From: a virus
Reading direction: 5' to 3' (one strand)
DNA: 64,000 nt
Virus record (IMG/VR): IMGVR_UViG_3300035698_010959
Made by a program: the position numbers and the translations under genes. The notes under the pieces are model-generated. The model did not search any database, was not told the DNA's origin, and saw only the letters and a list, made by a program, of their open reading frames with translations. This document shows, piece by piece, positions 47,638 to 58,966 of the stretch. Every line of letters begins with the position of its first letter. The first letter of the stretch is position 1.

Positions 47638-49689
47638 CTATACTGGTACCGCCTTTATAGCATAGTAGGTTAATACTGGAGAACCATTTGGTTTGTTTTC
47701 TGGTCTTGATAGTGTTGCTCTAAAATAGATAGAGGTTGTTTCTTCTGGAAACTCTACTACTGTATTTGGTAAGTCTTCTCTTTGTGGTTCAATATCATAC
47801 CAGTCTACCCCATTTGGACTTAGTTGATATGTTATCCACTTTGAGGTTGTTGGCCAGAATTGTGGTATTGTTTCTCCAACAATTAGTGAAGCTGCTTTTA
47901 TTGGTTTTTCAAATAAAAACTCTGTTGATTGGTGTATTCCTGTTATACCATATTCTCGTTGTAGTAATCTTAAATCTTTTATACCAATTGAGTATCTATA
48001 TGCTTCGAAGATATCAAAATATTGTTGTACGCCTAGCTCTGTTTCTACGTGATATGAAGAAAAGATACTACCTAATCCACCAAATACAAATCCAAGTGCT
48101 GCTCCAAGAGGTGTTCCATATTGTAACCATCCTATTATTCCACCTGCTACGTTAGATAGAAATCCTCCACCACCAGCACTAGATGTTTGTTGTTCTACTT
48201 CTGTATTTGGTACTCTACTATAGTATGTTATATCCTTTGTTACTTTTCTTGGTGGGAATCCTCTCATGAAGGAGTTCTGTATTCGTGTTGCTTTTACAAA
48301 GAACTGGTGGCCTATTAAAGTTTTATAAGCTTCTGGTTGTGCTAGTTCTAGTTTTAATTGTTTTACTTTTGGAACATCACAAGCTACTACTGCTATTCCA
48401 TTTGTGTTTTTTACTGGTATTCCAGTTGATGTATTGTTTATTGGTTGTTGTATATTTGGTGTAAGATACAATGGCCTTTCTAGTAACTCTACCCAGGTTC
48501 CTCCTCCTTCAGGTAGAACAGATACACTTGTTAAATCTTCTTTTGGTGGTCCATCTGTTGGTAGATAAGGAGTCAGCTCTATCCAAGATAAATCTACTGG
48601 TGTTTCAAATGTTACTATTATTGTTAGAGGTAATATTGTTGTTGGTCTATCTAATCCTGCGTAAGGACTTACAACCCAATATGGTCCACTACTTTCAGAC
48701 TCTCCTGGCCATTTTACATAATACTTCCATCCATAATCTTGTGTTATGTTTTCTGAATAATCTAAAGAAGCAGCAACATCTTTATATAATGCTTTTAGAT
48801 TTTGTTGGTCTGCTGAGGTCCAAATAGGTCCATGTATTACAACATGTGGACTACCATTTGAGTCTGCGATGTATGCTCCTCGTGAATCATCTGGTCCAAA
48901 TACTTTTAATGTTTGTACTGTTGGTAGTGTATAGTTTTCCCATTCAAACCATGTTGTTGGATTTTCATCATTTATGTTTCTTAAATCCCCAGAGTGTACT
49001 TGTTCACTTCCAATAAATGTAGGAGCTAATGGTTGGTCATCTGCTTCAGCATTAGCAGGATATCCTATATCGGAAATTTCCATATTATTTCCTGCTACGG
49101 CTCCAACTATTCCATTACTAACTGTTGGTTTTTGAACTACTATGTTTTCTACATTATAAGCTAAAGTTGTTTCTCCAATAACTGGGAGCTGTATTGCTCC
49201 TATTGTAGAAGACCACCAAGTTGTGCTTATATTTAAATCTATTTTTGTATTACTGTTTAGTGTATCTCCAGCCCATTGAAAGTTTGGGTCTGAATCATTT
49301 GTCCATAGTATTAGTTCATTTGTTTTTCTCTGTGTATCTGCTAACATATCTGATATCCCAGACCGTTCTAAACTACATAGATTTATTAGTGATTTAGTAG
49401 CAGATCTAAGTTTATCTAGTTGTGTAAATCCTACAGATAAGTCTTCATTTAATTCTATCATTGGAGATACAAGAGTAGAGAGACGTAGTATATCTCCTTT
49501 TCTCATCTCTCGTGGTTTTATTGTAGGCTTACCAAGTAAGTTAAAGAAGTTTAAGTATTCTTGTGTTGTTTGTGCAAGAAGATCAGATTCGAAACTAAGC
49601 TTTCCAGCGTTAAAATTTTCTACTAACCGTGTTAATGCATTTCCTGCTCGTTGTTCATTTATGTCTAGTAGTTGTTTAAATGTTGCCAT
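47638..49689 (-). CDS. virion structural protein (family I) with glycine-zipper insert
   Basis: TTWWSSTIGAIQLP, DENPTTWFEW, C-term GSPVLTYY. Confidence 0.65.
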   Translation of the reverse strand: MATFKQLLDINEQRAGNALTRLVENFNAGKLSFESDLLAQTTQEYLNFFNLLGKPTIKPREMRKGDILRLSTLVSPMIELNEDLSVGFTQLDKLRSATKSLINLCSLERSGISDMLADTQRKTNELILWTNDSDPNFQWAGDTLNSNTKIDLNISTTWWSSTIGAIQLPVIGETTLAYNVENIVVQKPTVSNGIVGAVAGNNMEISDIGYPANAEADDQPLAPTFIGSEQVHSGDLRNINDENPTTWFEWENYTLPTVQTLKVFGPDDSRGAYIADSNGSPHVVIHGPIWTSADQQNLKALYKDVAASLDYSENITQDYGWKYYVKWPGESESSGPYWVVSPYAGLDRPTTILPLTIIVTFETPVDLSWIELTPYLPTDGPPKEDLTSVSVLPEGGGTWVELLERPLYLTPNIQQPINNTSTGIPVKNTNGIAVVACDVPKVKQLKLELAQPEAYKTLIGHQFFVKATRIQNSFMRGFPPRKVTKDITYYSRVPNTEVEQQTSSAGGGGFLSNVAGGIIGWLQYGTPLGAALGFVFGGLGSIFSSYHVETELGVQQYFDIFEAYRYSIGIKDLRLLQREYGITGIHQSTEFLFEKPIKAASLIVGETIPQFWPTTSKWITYQLSPNGVDWYDIEPQREDLPNTVVEFPEETTSIYFRATLSRPENKPNGSPVLTYYAIKAVPV

Positions 49690-49693
49690 ATAC

Positions 49694-52600
49694 TTACCTT
49701 CTTGTATTTAATAGTACAGAATAATCATATATTGATGGAGTATCTTGGGTTGTTCCATCTCCTGAATTATTTGTGTATTCTATTACTATTCTTGGATTAA
49801 TTGCTAGTGTTTTATAAGATGCCTCTATGCGTGCTGGTGTATCACTATACTTAAATAAATCATCAGCAAATGTTATGTTTCCGTGCTTATCTATATAGTA
49901 TTCATATATTGGATAGTAGTCTGGAGAACTTGAATCTTTGTTTGATAGTTTTAATGTTGGAATACTATTTGTCCAATAGTCAGTCATATTACGTGTTACT
50001 GGATATGCTTGTGTTGGTATATTTCCTACTCCAGATGTTTGTGGGGTTTCTAAATCATAATCTCGTAACATATGGTCCGCTGGTATTTTTGTTCTGTAAT
50101 ATGCTACTAGTTCCCATTTTTCTTCTGATACACCAGGAACACTTAGTATCTGATCAAATCCTTCATCATTAACTGTTATTGTTGCGTGTCCAAAAGTAGT
50201 TGATTTTGTTGTATTAAACCACTTTGTTAAAGCAATGTCTCTTGGTCTTAGGTGGGCTATGGAATATGTAGATGGATGCAGTAGTATGTCGCTTGTATGG
50301 TCTGTTACAACATTACCATCTGAATCTTGATATCTATGCCAGTATATGTCTAACTGATCTCCCTTATCTGTAGATAGTACTGGATATTTTGTAACATAGG
50401 TTTGTGATACTATTCTATTTTCTTCTACTACTTTTCTTGATAGTTTATTACTATCCCATAAATCAGTTGTTTGTACCTGTTGTATGATATTACTTCTATC
50501 TGTGTTTTTATTTCCTTTTTCTATTGCTTTTTGTATTAGTGAATCTACGTAATCCCAGAAACTTAGATCTTGTAGAGAGGGTTCTCCTCCCATTCGTTCT
50601 ACAATTTCTGTTACTACTGTACCTTCTGTATCTAGTAGTAAACTTTCTGGTCCTATAAATTTTGCGACTGTTACACTTGTATTTCCTATAACATCTGGTA
50701 GTACTATACTATCTGAAAAGTGCAATGTAACTTCTACAGGTTTATAACCTTCAATAGTGGTTAGTACTCCAGATGGAGAAGTAACTGTGGAAGTTATATA
50801 TGTTACTGTAGATGTATTTGGACTGTATCTTGCTATGTTTAGCATATCTCCACTAGCAATTTTTGCTGAGATATCCGCTACTTTTTCTATATTAATATAT
50901 GGAAACTTTGAAAGAGAAATTTTGTGGTTTCTATCTGTGCCATTAAAGGTGTCAGTTATTTCTGCTGGGGCTACAATTGTTGTAAGTCCAGATGGTCCAA
51001 AATATCTTGACTCATCTGAAGCTTTCCAATATCTTGTATAGTTTGGTGCTATTAAAGGTGTAAGATTATCTGTATCAATTGTTTCATTTTTATATGTTGT
51101 TACATAAAAGTTTACTGCTTCTGTAGAAGCATCTGTTGTTGGCTTTAGTGTTAGTTGTCTAATTTCTCCAGTTATATCTAATGGCTTTGATACCCATATT
51201 CCTTCTGGTATATATTCATTATTTTTTAGATTTATTTCTGATGCACCAAAAGTATATTCATATTTTACTACTGTTGTTTCTTCTTTACTTGGTAGCGCTA
51301 TAGAGTATAGCTGTGCAATCATTTCTTTTATTTTACCACTAAGCTTTCTTACTTCAATTATAAATTGTGAATTTGCTGGTAGCTTTCTTTCTTTTTTTGT
51401 AAAGGTAGCTACTCGTTTTCTTGGATTGTTGTATGTTAATATATCTGAATTAGGGGGTAATAGTGTTTGCTCCCATAGATCCTGTAAATCCAGTGCGCCA
51501 TTTGATATTGTATAATGTTTAAGTGTATAGTGTGGTTGTGATAGTGTTAGCCAAAGAGTTTTACATACTATGTTTCCACCACGTATAGGTGTAAATTTTA
51601 GCGTTGTTTTGTCTGTAATTATTTCATCAAAAGTAGTTACATAGTAATCATTTGATAGTTGTATATCATCAAGTAGTGTTTCACTGTAGTCTATATCAGA
51701 TATTTCAAAAGTTAGTGCGATTCCAGATGTTATAGCTCCTGCTTGTAAATACTCATCAAGTGAAGGTGTTTGGAAGTTATATATAGCTTCTTGCCATTCA
51801 TTAGAGTATAACAGTTCTTCACTTGGAGTTATTTCCCAGAATTTACTATGTACTGTTCCTACTGGAATATCTACTATCATAGATGCTGTAAGCTTTACTT
51901 GAGTTGTTGAAGAAGATCTCTTCATATAAAATGAGATACCATATAATGTAGATGGGTTTAATTGTAAATTTCTAGATATTTTCCAACTACTTCCAGTTGC
52001 TGTTGCTGTATGTATTTCTAAACACTGACTTCCATCATAGCCAGCAAGAGAGGTTATGTATCCTGTTGTTTCTGATGTTTCTGTTGTAACCCATCCTACT
52101 AAATTATCTGAAAAGTTTCCATTTATTGGAATGATACTTCCTGTGTCTTTGGTATTTCTAAATTGTGGACTCCATGCTACTTCTAATAATCTCATTGGAT
52201 GTGAGGAAACTGGAGATAGTGAGATTTCTGTTATTGGAGTCATAAAATCAAATTCAAATCTTAGTTTTGCGGCTGATCCACCAGAATAGGAAGCTGGTAA
52301 CCAGTTTACTATATTTCTATTTGCAGCTATTGGAGAGTCTGATAGTATTGTTTCTTTCCAACATGTATCTTTACTTCCATCTACTGCTTCTGATACTGGG
52401 TGTAATGTATCTATAGAAGCACCTAATAGTTTTTCTATTGTAACTTTGCACATTTTTCTATTACCAGCAGAGATTGTTTTTGAAATACTTCCAGCTATTG
52501 GCCGTTTTAGCGCATTATCTGTTTTATCTATCTCTAGTTTTCTATAGAGTGTTGGTATTATTGTAGAGTCTCCGTTATCTGCTGTAAAATCTTCATATAC

Positions 52601-52987
52601 TATATCAGTATAATTTAGGATATTTTTGTTCATTGCAGCGCGAGCTTTTACCATATTCTCTATATTATCTATAGCCTTTGATATTCTAGCTAATTCTCCA
52701 GAATTAAGTTTTTCTAATACTGTTATACCTATACCTACATTATCTATTTCGGCATATAACGCAGTTAAATCTGCAATAGCAGCTATGATAGCTTTATTAT
52801 ATTGATCTGGATCTGTGGGTGTATCTGGTACAGAGAATAATTTCTCTCCTATGTTTTTTAATAGTTCCTCTGGATCTGTTGGGGCTAGAGATAGTGCTTG
52901 TGTTTTTGCTTTTTCTAGGAAGCTATTTAGTGTCAATTTTTGACTATCAGATACTACTGATTTATAGGTATTTAGGTATGTTTTCAT
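49694..52987 (-). CDS. large virion structural protein (family I) with CBM-like domain
   Basis: ADLTALYAEI, DGSKDTCW, INGNFS...GW...LLDDIQL, C-term DTPSIYDY. Confidence 0.65.
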   Translation of the reverse strand: MKTYLNTYKSVVSDSQKLTLNSFLEKAKTQALSLAPTDPEELLKNIGEKLFSVPDTPTDPDQYNKAIIAAIADLTALYAEIDNVGIGITVLEKLNSGELARISKAIDNIENMVKARAAMNKNILNYTDIVYEDFTADNGDSTIIPTLYRKLEIDKTDNALKRPIAGSISKTISAGNRKMCKVTIEKLLGASIDTLHPVSEAVDGSKDTCWKETILSDSPIAANRNIVNWLPASYSGGSAAKLRFEFDFMTPITEISLSPVSSHPMRLLEVAWSPQFRNTKDTGSIIPINGNFSDNLVGWVTTETSETTGYITSLAGYDGSQCLEIHTATATGSSWKISRNLQLNPSTLYGISFYMKRSSSTTQVKLTASMIVDIPVGTVHSKFWEITPSEELLYSNEWQEAIYNFQTPSLDEYLQAGAITSGIALTFEISDIDYSETLLDDIQLSNDYYVTTFDEIITDKTTLKFTPIRGGNIVCKTLWLTLSQPHYTLKHYTISNGALDLQDLWEQTLLPPNSDILTYNNPRKRVATFTKKERKLPANSQFIIEVRKLSGKIKEMIAQLYSIALPSKEETTVVKYEYTFGASEINLKNNEYIPEGIWVSKPLDITGEIRQLTLKPTTDASTEAVNFYVTTYKNETIDTDNLTPLIAPNYTRYWKASDESRYFGPSGLTTIVAPAEITDTFNGTDRNHKISLSKFPYINIEKVADISAKIASGDMLNIARYSPNTSTVTYITSTVTSPSGVLTTIEGYKPVEVTLHFSDSIVLPDVIGNTSVTVAKFIGPESLLLDTEGTVVTEIVERMGGEPSLQDLSFWDYVDSLIQKAIEKGNKNTDRSNIIQQVQTTDLWDSNKLSRKVVEENRIVSQTYVTKYPVLSTDKGDQLDIYWHRYQDSDGNVVTDHTSDILLHPSTYSIAHLRPRDIALTKWFNTTKSTTFGHATITVNDEGFDQILSVPGVSEEKWELVAYYRTKIPADHMLRDYDLETPQTSGVGNIPTQAYPVTRNMTDYWTNSIPTLKLSNKDSSSPDYYPIYEYYIDKHGNITFADDLFKYSDTPARIEASYKTLAINPRIVIEYTNNSGDGTTQDTPSIYDYSVLLNTRR

Positions 52988-52992
52988 AATAG

Positions 52993-53586
52993 TTATATGT
53001 TGCTACTTATTCCAATAAAGGATATTATTATTTCATTTATTGTAGATGCTGTGGGTGTTGTTACTAAAGTAGCACTTTCTCCTGTATATATTGTATATGT
53101 TACTGTGTCAAGATCAGACCAATACCAGTTTGTTCTATACATTGCATAGCGATTATGATCGTTTGCTGGTGTTGAGTCTAGATATTGTAAATCAAAAGCA
53201 TTATATAGTAATGTGTTTTCTGCTGTTGCTGCGGATGTAGGTCTTGCAGAAACCATAAGCATTGCACTTCCAGTTGAACATAGATTTTCTGCGCCAAGAA
53301 GAGCAACAAGTGCAGATGTTGCAACGGTAGAAGAGTCGAAATCTAATGTTTGTGCTTCACCTGGTACTAAATCTGTAATTGTAACAGTTGTTGCTGCTAT
53401 AACCAAGTCATTTGATCCAGATACTTCTGGTGCATTTAGTAGTTCATGCTCTAAATTATATATAGACGCATTCATTCTATTCATACCTTCAGAAGGTATT
53501 ATATCTGTATCGTTTGCATATCTTCTAAATGAATCTAGTACTCCTGGAAATGTTGATTGTTTTCCTGTATTAAAAGGTATAGCCAT
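52993..53586 (-). CDS. tail/baseplate protein (family II N-terminal module)
   Basis: STFPGVLDSF...MNRMNASIYNLE. Confidence 0.6.
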   Translation of the reverse strand: MAIPFNTGKQSTFPGVLDSFRRYANDTDIIPSEGMNRMNASIYNLEHELLNAPEVSGSNDLVIAATTVTITDLVPGEAQTLDFDSSTVATSALVALLGAENLCSTGSAMLMVSARPTSAATAENTLLYNAFDLQYLDSTPANDHNRYAMYRTNWYWSDLDTVTYTIYTGESATLVTTPTASTINEIIISFIGISSNI

Positions 53587-53600
53587 ATTAGATTATTTCC

Positions 53601-54203
53601 TTAGTCTGTTGGGATTGTACAGCCAAATACTTTGACAATATATTTTCCTTCTGGTATGGTTGGTGCATCTTTCCATCCATATCCTTGTGGTTTTAATAGT
53701 AAACTTAATTCTGTTTTAATAGATGTAGTATCTATACGAGTTGTTGTTGGTGTACTTAGTAATTCTACTACAAGTGGATAAACTGTAGCTCCAGTTGAAG
53801 ACACTGAATATCTTAAGTCTCTCCAACTTAGGCTTTCATTTCTTTCTGGAAGTGGAGGAGTTCCTGCTTCATACTGTGTACATATTATTGGTAATGTAAA
53901 CTCTGCACTTGTTACTTCTGTATTACATATAACATCATATGTTGTTAGCAATACTTTTTTCCACAATGCTCCTCCAAGAGCCTCTATTCGAGGTCCTGCT
54001 AATTTATGTATTAGCCGTGATCCTCCTGTTGTGGTTGCGGTTGTACATAGTTTTCTTTCTACAGAACATATAGTATCTGCAAGAGTATTCCATAAACTTG
54101 CATCAACTGGTATTGAATTTCTTACCTTACTTGTTTGTAAGTTGTCAATACCTCCAGTTGCAAATGCAGAATTTAATCCTGTAATTCCGTCTACTATACT
54201 CAT
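53601..54203 (-). CDS. tail/baseplate protein (family II)
   Basis: SAFATGGIDNL...VDASLWNTLADTICSVE. Confidence 0.55.
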   Translation of the reverse strand: MSIVDGITGLNSAFATGGIDNLQTSKVRNSIPVDASLWNTLADTICSVERKLCTTATTTGGSRLIHKLAGPRIEALGGALWKKVLLTTYDVICNTEVTSAEFTLPIICTQYEAGTPPLPERNESLSWRDLRYSVSSTGATVYPLVVELLSTPTTTRIDTTSIKTELSLLLKPQGYGWKDAPTIPEGKYIVKVFGCTIPTD

Positions 54204-55693
54204 TATACTTCACTCTCCCTTAGTATAATATCATCTAGCCATAATTGTGGTACATTTTTATGTACCCATGTCCATTCTGAGTCATCTTCATATTCCAATG
54301 GTCTATCATACATTATAAAGTCTGTAGTTGTTTTATAGAAGGATCCTATTGTTAGTCTAACATATGTTAGATCTGCTGGAACATTTACTGTTGTTTTAAA
54401 TTGTCTCCAGCTTCCATATGTTGTATAGACATGTAGTAGTGGAGGTAATTCTATCCAGTAGTCATCACCATTAGTCAACGTCCATGTTGCACTTAATCCT
54501 TTTGTAGTTGTATAGAATCCAGTTTGTGGATCCGTTTCTATTGAGCTTACATACATAGAAGATACTATATCTGTGTGTGTATATCCATGCATATATATTC
54601 TTGGATATGTTGGTATGTTGTTTGGTTTCCAGAAACCTTCATAGAATACTTTATACCAAAAACTTAATTCATAATCTCTTTCAGATCCAGAATTTGGTTG
54701 TGTTCTTAAATCTACTAACCAAGATGCTACGTGTCCAAAGTCAGGCCACATAAATCCAAAATCTCCAGATGCTGATACATTAGCAGCGGCAGGTAACCAA
54801 CTATTACATGATCTTAGGATACCAGGTCCTACTTTAATTCCAGTTATTCCTGAGTGAGATGCAATTGGATCTTCATGAACATATGTTGGAGTTGTTCTCA
54901 TATGTGTTACATAGGCTGGTATACTATATGCTCGTTGTGCATATGTTTCTGCTACGTAGTATACTGGATAAAATGGCCAATCACAATGGTTTTCAAGAGG
55001 TAACCCACAAAGTGGGCCTATAGGGTTTAGTTGTCCTGTTGTTGCATGCCATAATTGGCTATCCATATATGATTGTACTATTTGTTCTGGTATAAGGTTT
55101 ACAGCATATGGACTAAGAATTACTCCTGTTGTACTTGCTTTATCTATACAGATTATTGTATATTTAAGATTGGTTGAATTTGTTGGAAGTGAAAACGCTA
55201 TGGCTGCGGTTTTTCCATCACTGCTTATATTTACTACTTGTCCTTCTACTTGAAGTGTAGCTTCTTGATATCCTCCGCCTTCTAGTGCTCTTTGATAATC
55301 TACTTGTCCAAGTATTATTATTGCATAACTTGTATTATTCCAAGCAGCTATGATACTATTATCATGTGAAATAATATTACCTTCTACTGTGAATGATACC
55401 CAATCTCCTGTTCCAGCAACAGAGTAACTTACATAGTTTCCATTTATATTGCTATGAATATTTTCATGTTCTACTTGATCAAGTATAGCTGTTCGTCTAG
55501 TAACTGTTGTTCCACTTAATGCATGTAAGTCTGTTAGTATTACATTTCGTGCTCTTTGTTCTACAGGCGTAATGGCATTTATTAATAGATTTACATGGTC
55601 AGCTTTGACAAGATTTTCTGATAACATGTTTTGTGTGTAAGGCATTTCAACTAAAGTGTCTACTTGATTTGGAAATGATGTTTCTATTGCCAT
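54203..55693 (-). CDS. tail protein (family II) with C-terminal CBM-like beta-sandwich
   Basis: TSFPNQVDTL...VKADHVNLLINAITPVE; YELSFWYK, WRQF, LWLDDIIL. Confidence 0.6.
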   Translation of the reverse strand: MAIETSFPNQVDTLVEMPYTQNMLSENLVKADHVNLLINAITPVEQRARNVILTDLHALSGTTVTRRTAILDQVEHENIHSNINGNYVSYSVAGTGDWVSFTVEGNIISHDNSIIAAWNNTSYAIIILGQVDYQRALEGGGYQEATLQVEGQVVNISSDGKTAAIAFSLPTNSTNLKYTIICIDKASTTGVILSPYAVNLIPEQIVQSYMDSQLWHATTGQLNPIGPLCGLPLENHCDWPFYPVYYVAETYAQRAYSIPAYVTHMRTTPTYVHEDPIASHSGITGIKVGPGILRSCNSWLPAAANVSASGDFGFMWPDFGHVASWLVDLRTQPNSGSERDYELSFWYKVFYEGFWKPNNIPTYPRIYMHGYTHTDIVSSMYVSSIETDPQTGFYTTTKGLSATWTLTNGDDYWIELPPLLHVYTTYGSWRQFKTTVNVPADLTYVRLTIGSFYKTTTDFIMYDRPLEYEDDSEWTWVHKNVPQLWLDDIILRESEV

Positions 55694-55697
55694 ATTG

Positions 55698-57239
55698 TTA
55701 ACTACTCACATATCTTATTATTGGTTTTATTCCACTAGCAATGTGTTTGTTTACTATGTCTTCTATTTCTCGTTCTGTAAATGCTCTTATTCCTTGCGCT
55801 CCTGTAATTAAATCTTCTGGTAATTCTATTACTACTACTCCATTTAACATTGCTAAATCGCCTTCCCAACCACCAATATCCCAATATCTGTTCATTTCAT
55901 TTATTTGATCTCCAGATAGGGAGGAGAAGGTTATATCTTCGTTTTCTTTTAGACCACCGCCACGTACTCGTGTATCTATTATTGTTACTCCATCTATTGT
56001 GCTACTTGGGCTTATGTAGATTTTAGCCAGAATAAGTGCGCTTGGATAATTTGTTAACGAGCCTACGCCTCCTGCTAATAAATCCGTAGCTAATGTTCCA
56101 TCTTCTAATACAATTATTGGGCTATCTGTTGTTACTGTATTTGAGAAGTAAGTAATGTCATAGTAAGCTCTACCATATGTATTAAGTGTTTTAAGCCCTT
56201 GTGTGGTTGAGTCTGCGTATGTTCCAAAACCAGAAGAGGGTAGAGTTAGAGTAGGTCCAGCTTCCCATCGTAATAGTTGGTCTGTGTATTTTAGTGCTGT
56301 TTTTACTTTTACTGTTCCTGTTAGTGAATCTGTATAAGAGTATGCTGCTGATGGCAGTAAGAATACATATATTGCGGATGCTAATAGATTCTTACTTGGT
56401 TTTCCTCCGTCATAGGTGTGGCCATAGGATGGATTTAAATCTAAGTCACAGAACCTATTAAGCAGTTCATCATAGTATCCTCTGTATACTAAACATCTTG
56501 CTGAGTATTCGTAGGATACTTGTACTAAGTTGTTTGTAGCTATAGAGTTTGTTAGAGGTATAGTTCCTCTATCGAAGTCTATAGCCCCTACCTCTGGATG
56601 TAGGTTTACTGTTAGTGGTGTTATACCTGTTGTTCCTGGTATTTCTGAGACTTTTTCTTCTCCATTTATTTTTATACTTGTAATTTTATACAAGTTTTTA
56701 TTTGCTACAGATATTGTGTGTTCATCTATATATGTAGCATATTCATCTACTGCAGGAAACCCTCTCATGCCTGCTGCTGTTATGTCTGTATCTACTTCTG
56801 TAGTAAGGTAAGGTTGTGCGAGTACTTCTGGTATTGAATATGTAAGTACTATTCTATGCCCATCGAGCCATCCTTCTTCATTTGCTGCTGACGTTATCCA
56901 ACTACTTGCTACTTCTGAAGAAGTATATTCTGTAAGAACTTTAAATGTTCCATCTCTAATAAGTAAGTGCCATGCGCCTGTTTCATCTTCTATTGGTTTA
57001 ACTACACCTATAGGGGCATGTATTGATTCAAAATATGGCAAGGATGCTGCTGTGCTTTCATATGTAAATGTGGATACTTTTGTATCTTTATAATAATTAA
57101 AGATGTTAAGAGGATGCTTGCCAATTACATCTATTACGATTGCATTTTCATTTGGTGTAAGAGGAGGCGGATAAATCCTTGCCAGGTTTATTGAATCTTT
57201 TGGGACTACGTTACCATATTGTAGTATGTAATCTGCCAT
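55698..57239 (-). CDS. phage baseplate-like structural protein
   Basis: DLNPSYGH, IDTRVRGGGL, YWDIG.WEG, NGVVVIELP, KHIASGIKPIIRY. Confidence 0.6.
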   Translation of the reverse strand: MADYILQYGNVVPKDSINLARIYPPPLTPNENAIVIDVIGKHPLNIFNYYKDTKVSTFTYESTAASLPYFESIHAPIGVVKPIEDETGAWHLLIRDGTFKVLTEYTSSEVASSWITSAANEEGWLDGHRIVLTYSIPEVLAQPYLTTEVDTDITAAGMRGFPAVDEYATYIDEHTISVANKNLYKITSIKINGEEKVSEIPGTTGITPLTVNLHPEVGAIDFDRGTIPLTNSIATNNLVQVSYEYSARCLVYRGYYDELLNRFCDLDLNPSYGHTYDGGKPSKNLLASAIYVFLLPSAAYSYTDSLTGTVKVKTALKYTDQLLRWEAGPTLTLPSSGFGTYADSTTQGLKTLNTYGRAYYDITYFSNTVTTDSPIIVLEDGTLATDLLAGGVGSLTNYPSALILAKIYISPSSTIDGVTIIDTRVRGGGLKENEDITFSSLSGDQINEMNRYWDIGGWEGDLAMLNGVVVIELPEDLITGAQGIRAFTEREIEDIVNKHIASGIKPIIRYVSS

Positions 57240-57240
57240 A

Positions 57241-58962
57241 CTAAACTCCTATAATTACCTTGTCAGAGTAGACATAACTTGATATTGTAGAATCATAAAA
57301 ATATGCGTATATGATGTCTCTTCCTATTAGATAGTATTGTAATGTTACTATTCCTGTATTGCCCACTGTTGTTTCATAGTAACTACTTGCTGTTGTTTGG
57401 TCTTCAAATTTACTATTTTTTGATACCAGATATGCTAAAGTCGATCCTCCTATATAAGGTGTTCCATCTGCTGCGGTTAGCATAACATGTACTTTTGCTT
57501 TATTTTCTATAACATTGTCAGTATCAGCATAAAGGAATATTTTTCTTGGTACTTGCGTTCCGCTATATCCTATTATTGGTGATACAACTTGTACAAAGGC
57601 TGCTTGCCCAGATAATGAAGATGAGGTTGTTGTGCTTACCTCTATTGTAAATGTTGTAGTTCCTGCTCCAGTAGGTGTCCATGAGTAGGTTACTGCTCCA
57701 TTCCAATCTGTTATTTGTGTAGTAGGTATTATAGCAGATGTTGCCATTCGTCCATCTCCAATTGCACTACTTGATAGGCTGACTCCAGGCAGAGGATTAT
57801 TATCTTTATCAACTACATATGCTGCTATTCTAACAGGAGGACCTGTTCCACTTAATACTTGTGCCCGTGTTGGTGAATGAGTAATATATAGTTTATCTGC
57901 TTGAGCACTTGTTGCTTGTGCTTCTGCGAGGAATAAGAAGCCAGGACCAACTCCACTGTATATAGGATTTAGCTGTACATATGATAAATCTGAACTTGCT
58001 AAACTAGATAGGTCTTGATGTTCTGCTATAGATGCTTCATAGTTACAGGTTCCTGTCATAGCAGATGTTGCGTATACTGCTATTTCTCCATTGTCTACTA
58101 CGAATGATTGATTTACATAATAAGATATTGCTACTTGATTTCCAGAGGTTATCGGAGAAGCCAATGTTATTTGATTATTTAAACTTCCTGTTCCTACTTG
58201 TGTTGATGCTACTTCTGTAGTTAGTATTCCTGTTGATACAATAGAAGTTACTTGTGGTAGTCTTGTTGTATCTTCTATAGCTATATGTGCGTAGGCTGTA
58301 CGTATTTTTCTATAAGCATCTACAATATGTATTTCTTCTTGTAATAATAATTCTTGTCCTGATGCTGATGTTGTATAGGTTAAAAATACTGTGCCCGATG
58401 GATTTCCATCTGAAGCAACAAAAGCAAGAGATAGCAATTCATTATAGTAATAGTATTCATCTGATGAGATATATCCACTTGCTGGAACGTTCCATAAATC
58501 TCCATATTTGGTACTTGTTACATTTATTAGTAGTCCAGATACAGGCGCAGTCCATAGATTTGTGTCTGTTACTGATGTCCAGGTTGCTGGTCTGTATGTT
58601 CTTAGTGGCCCGCATACCTGTATGAATGTATCTGTAGAATTATTATCATTTAAAAATATAGGCCCATAATCTAATACTGCGGATGTAGGTACAGAGGATG
58701 TTCCTGTTAGAGCATAGGATTCTATTGTAGAGTGTGTACCATAGTCTACTTGTATTCCTGCTTTTTCAGCAAATAGATATCGTTCTGATGTACCTTTGTA
58801 ATACCATCCCTTTGTTATAAGTGGAAACCATCTACCAAATATACCTTTTTTTATTTTGATTTTTAGGTCGTCACCGATCCCTACACCTTGTTTTGTGTAT
58901 CCAGATAATTCAGTACTATAATTAAATTCTACCCCACTGCTACCACTTTCAAATATTGTCAT
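57241..58962 (-). CDS. structural protein with Ig-like (Big_1) domain
   Basis: AYVVDKDNNPLPGVSL...TDWNGAVTYSWT; very S/T-rich. Confidence 0.65.
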   Translation of the reverse strand: MTIFESGSSGVEFNYSTELSGYTKQGVGIGDDLKIKIKKGIFGRWFPLITKGWYYKGTSERYLFAEKAGIQVDYGTHSTIESYALTGTSSVPTSAVLDYGPIFLNDNNSTDTFIQVCGPLRTYRPATWTSVTDTNLWTAPVSGLLINVTSTKYGDLWNVPASGYISSDEYYYYNELLSLAFVASDGNPSGTVFLTYTTSASGQELLLQEEIHIVDAYRKIRTAYAHIAIEDTTRLPQVTSIVSTGILTTEVASTQVGTGSLNNQITLASPITSGNQVAISYYVNQSFVVDNGEIAVYATSAMTGTCNYEASIAEHQDLSSLASSDLSYVQLNPIYSGVGPGFLFLAEAQATSAQADKLYITHSPTRAQVLSGTGPPVRIAAYVVDKDNNPLPGVSLSSSAIGDGRMATSAIIPTTQITDWNGAVTYSWTPTGAGTTTFTIEVSTTTSSSLSGQAAFVQVVSPIIGYSGTQVPRKIFLYADTDNVIENKAKVHVMLTAADGTPYIGGSTLAYLVSKNSKFEDQTTASSYYETTVGNTGIVTLQYYLIGRDIIYAYFYDSTISSYVYSDKVIIGV

Positions 58963-58966
58963 TTGT

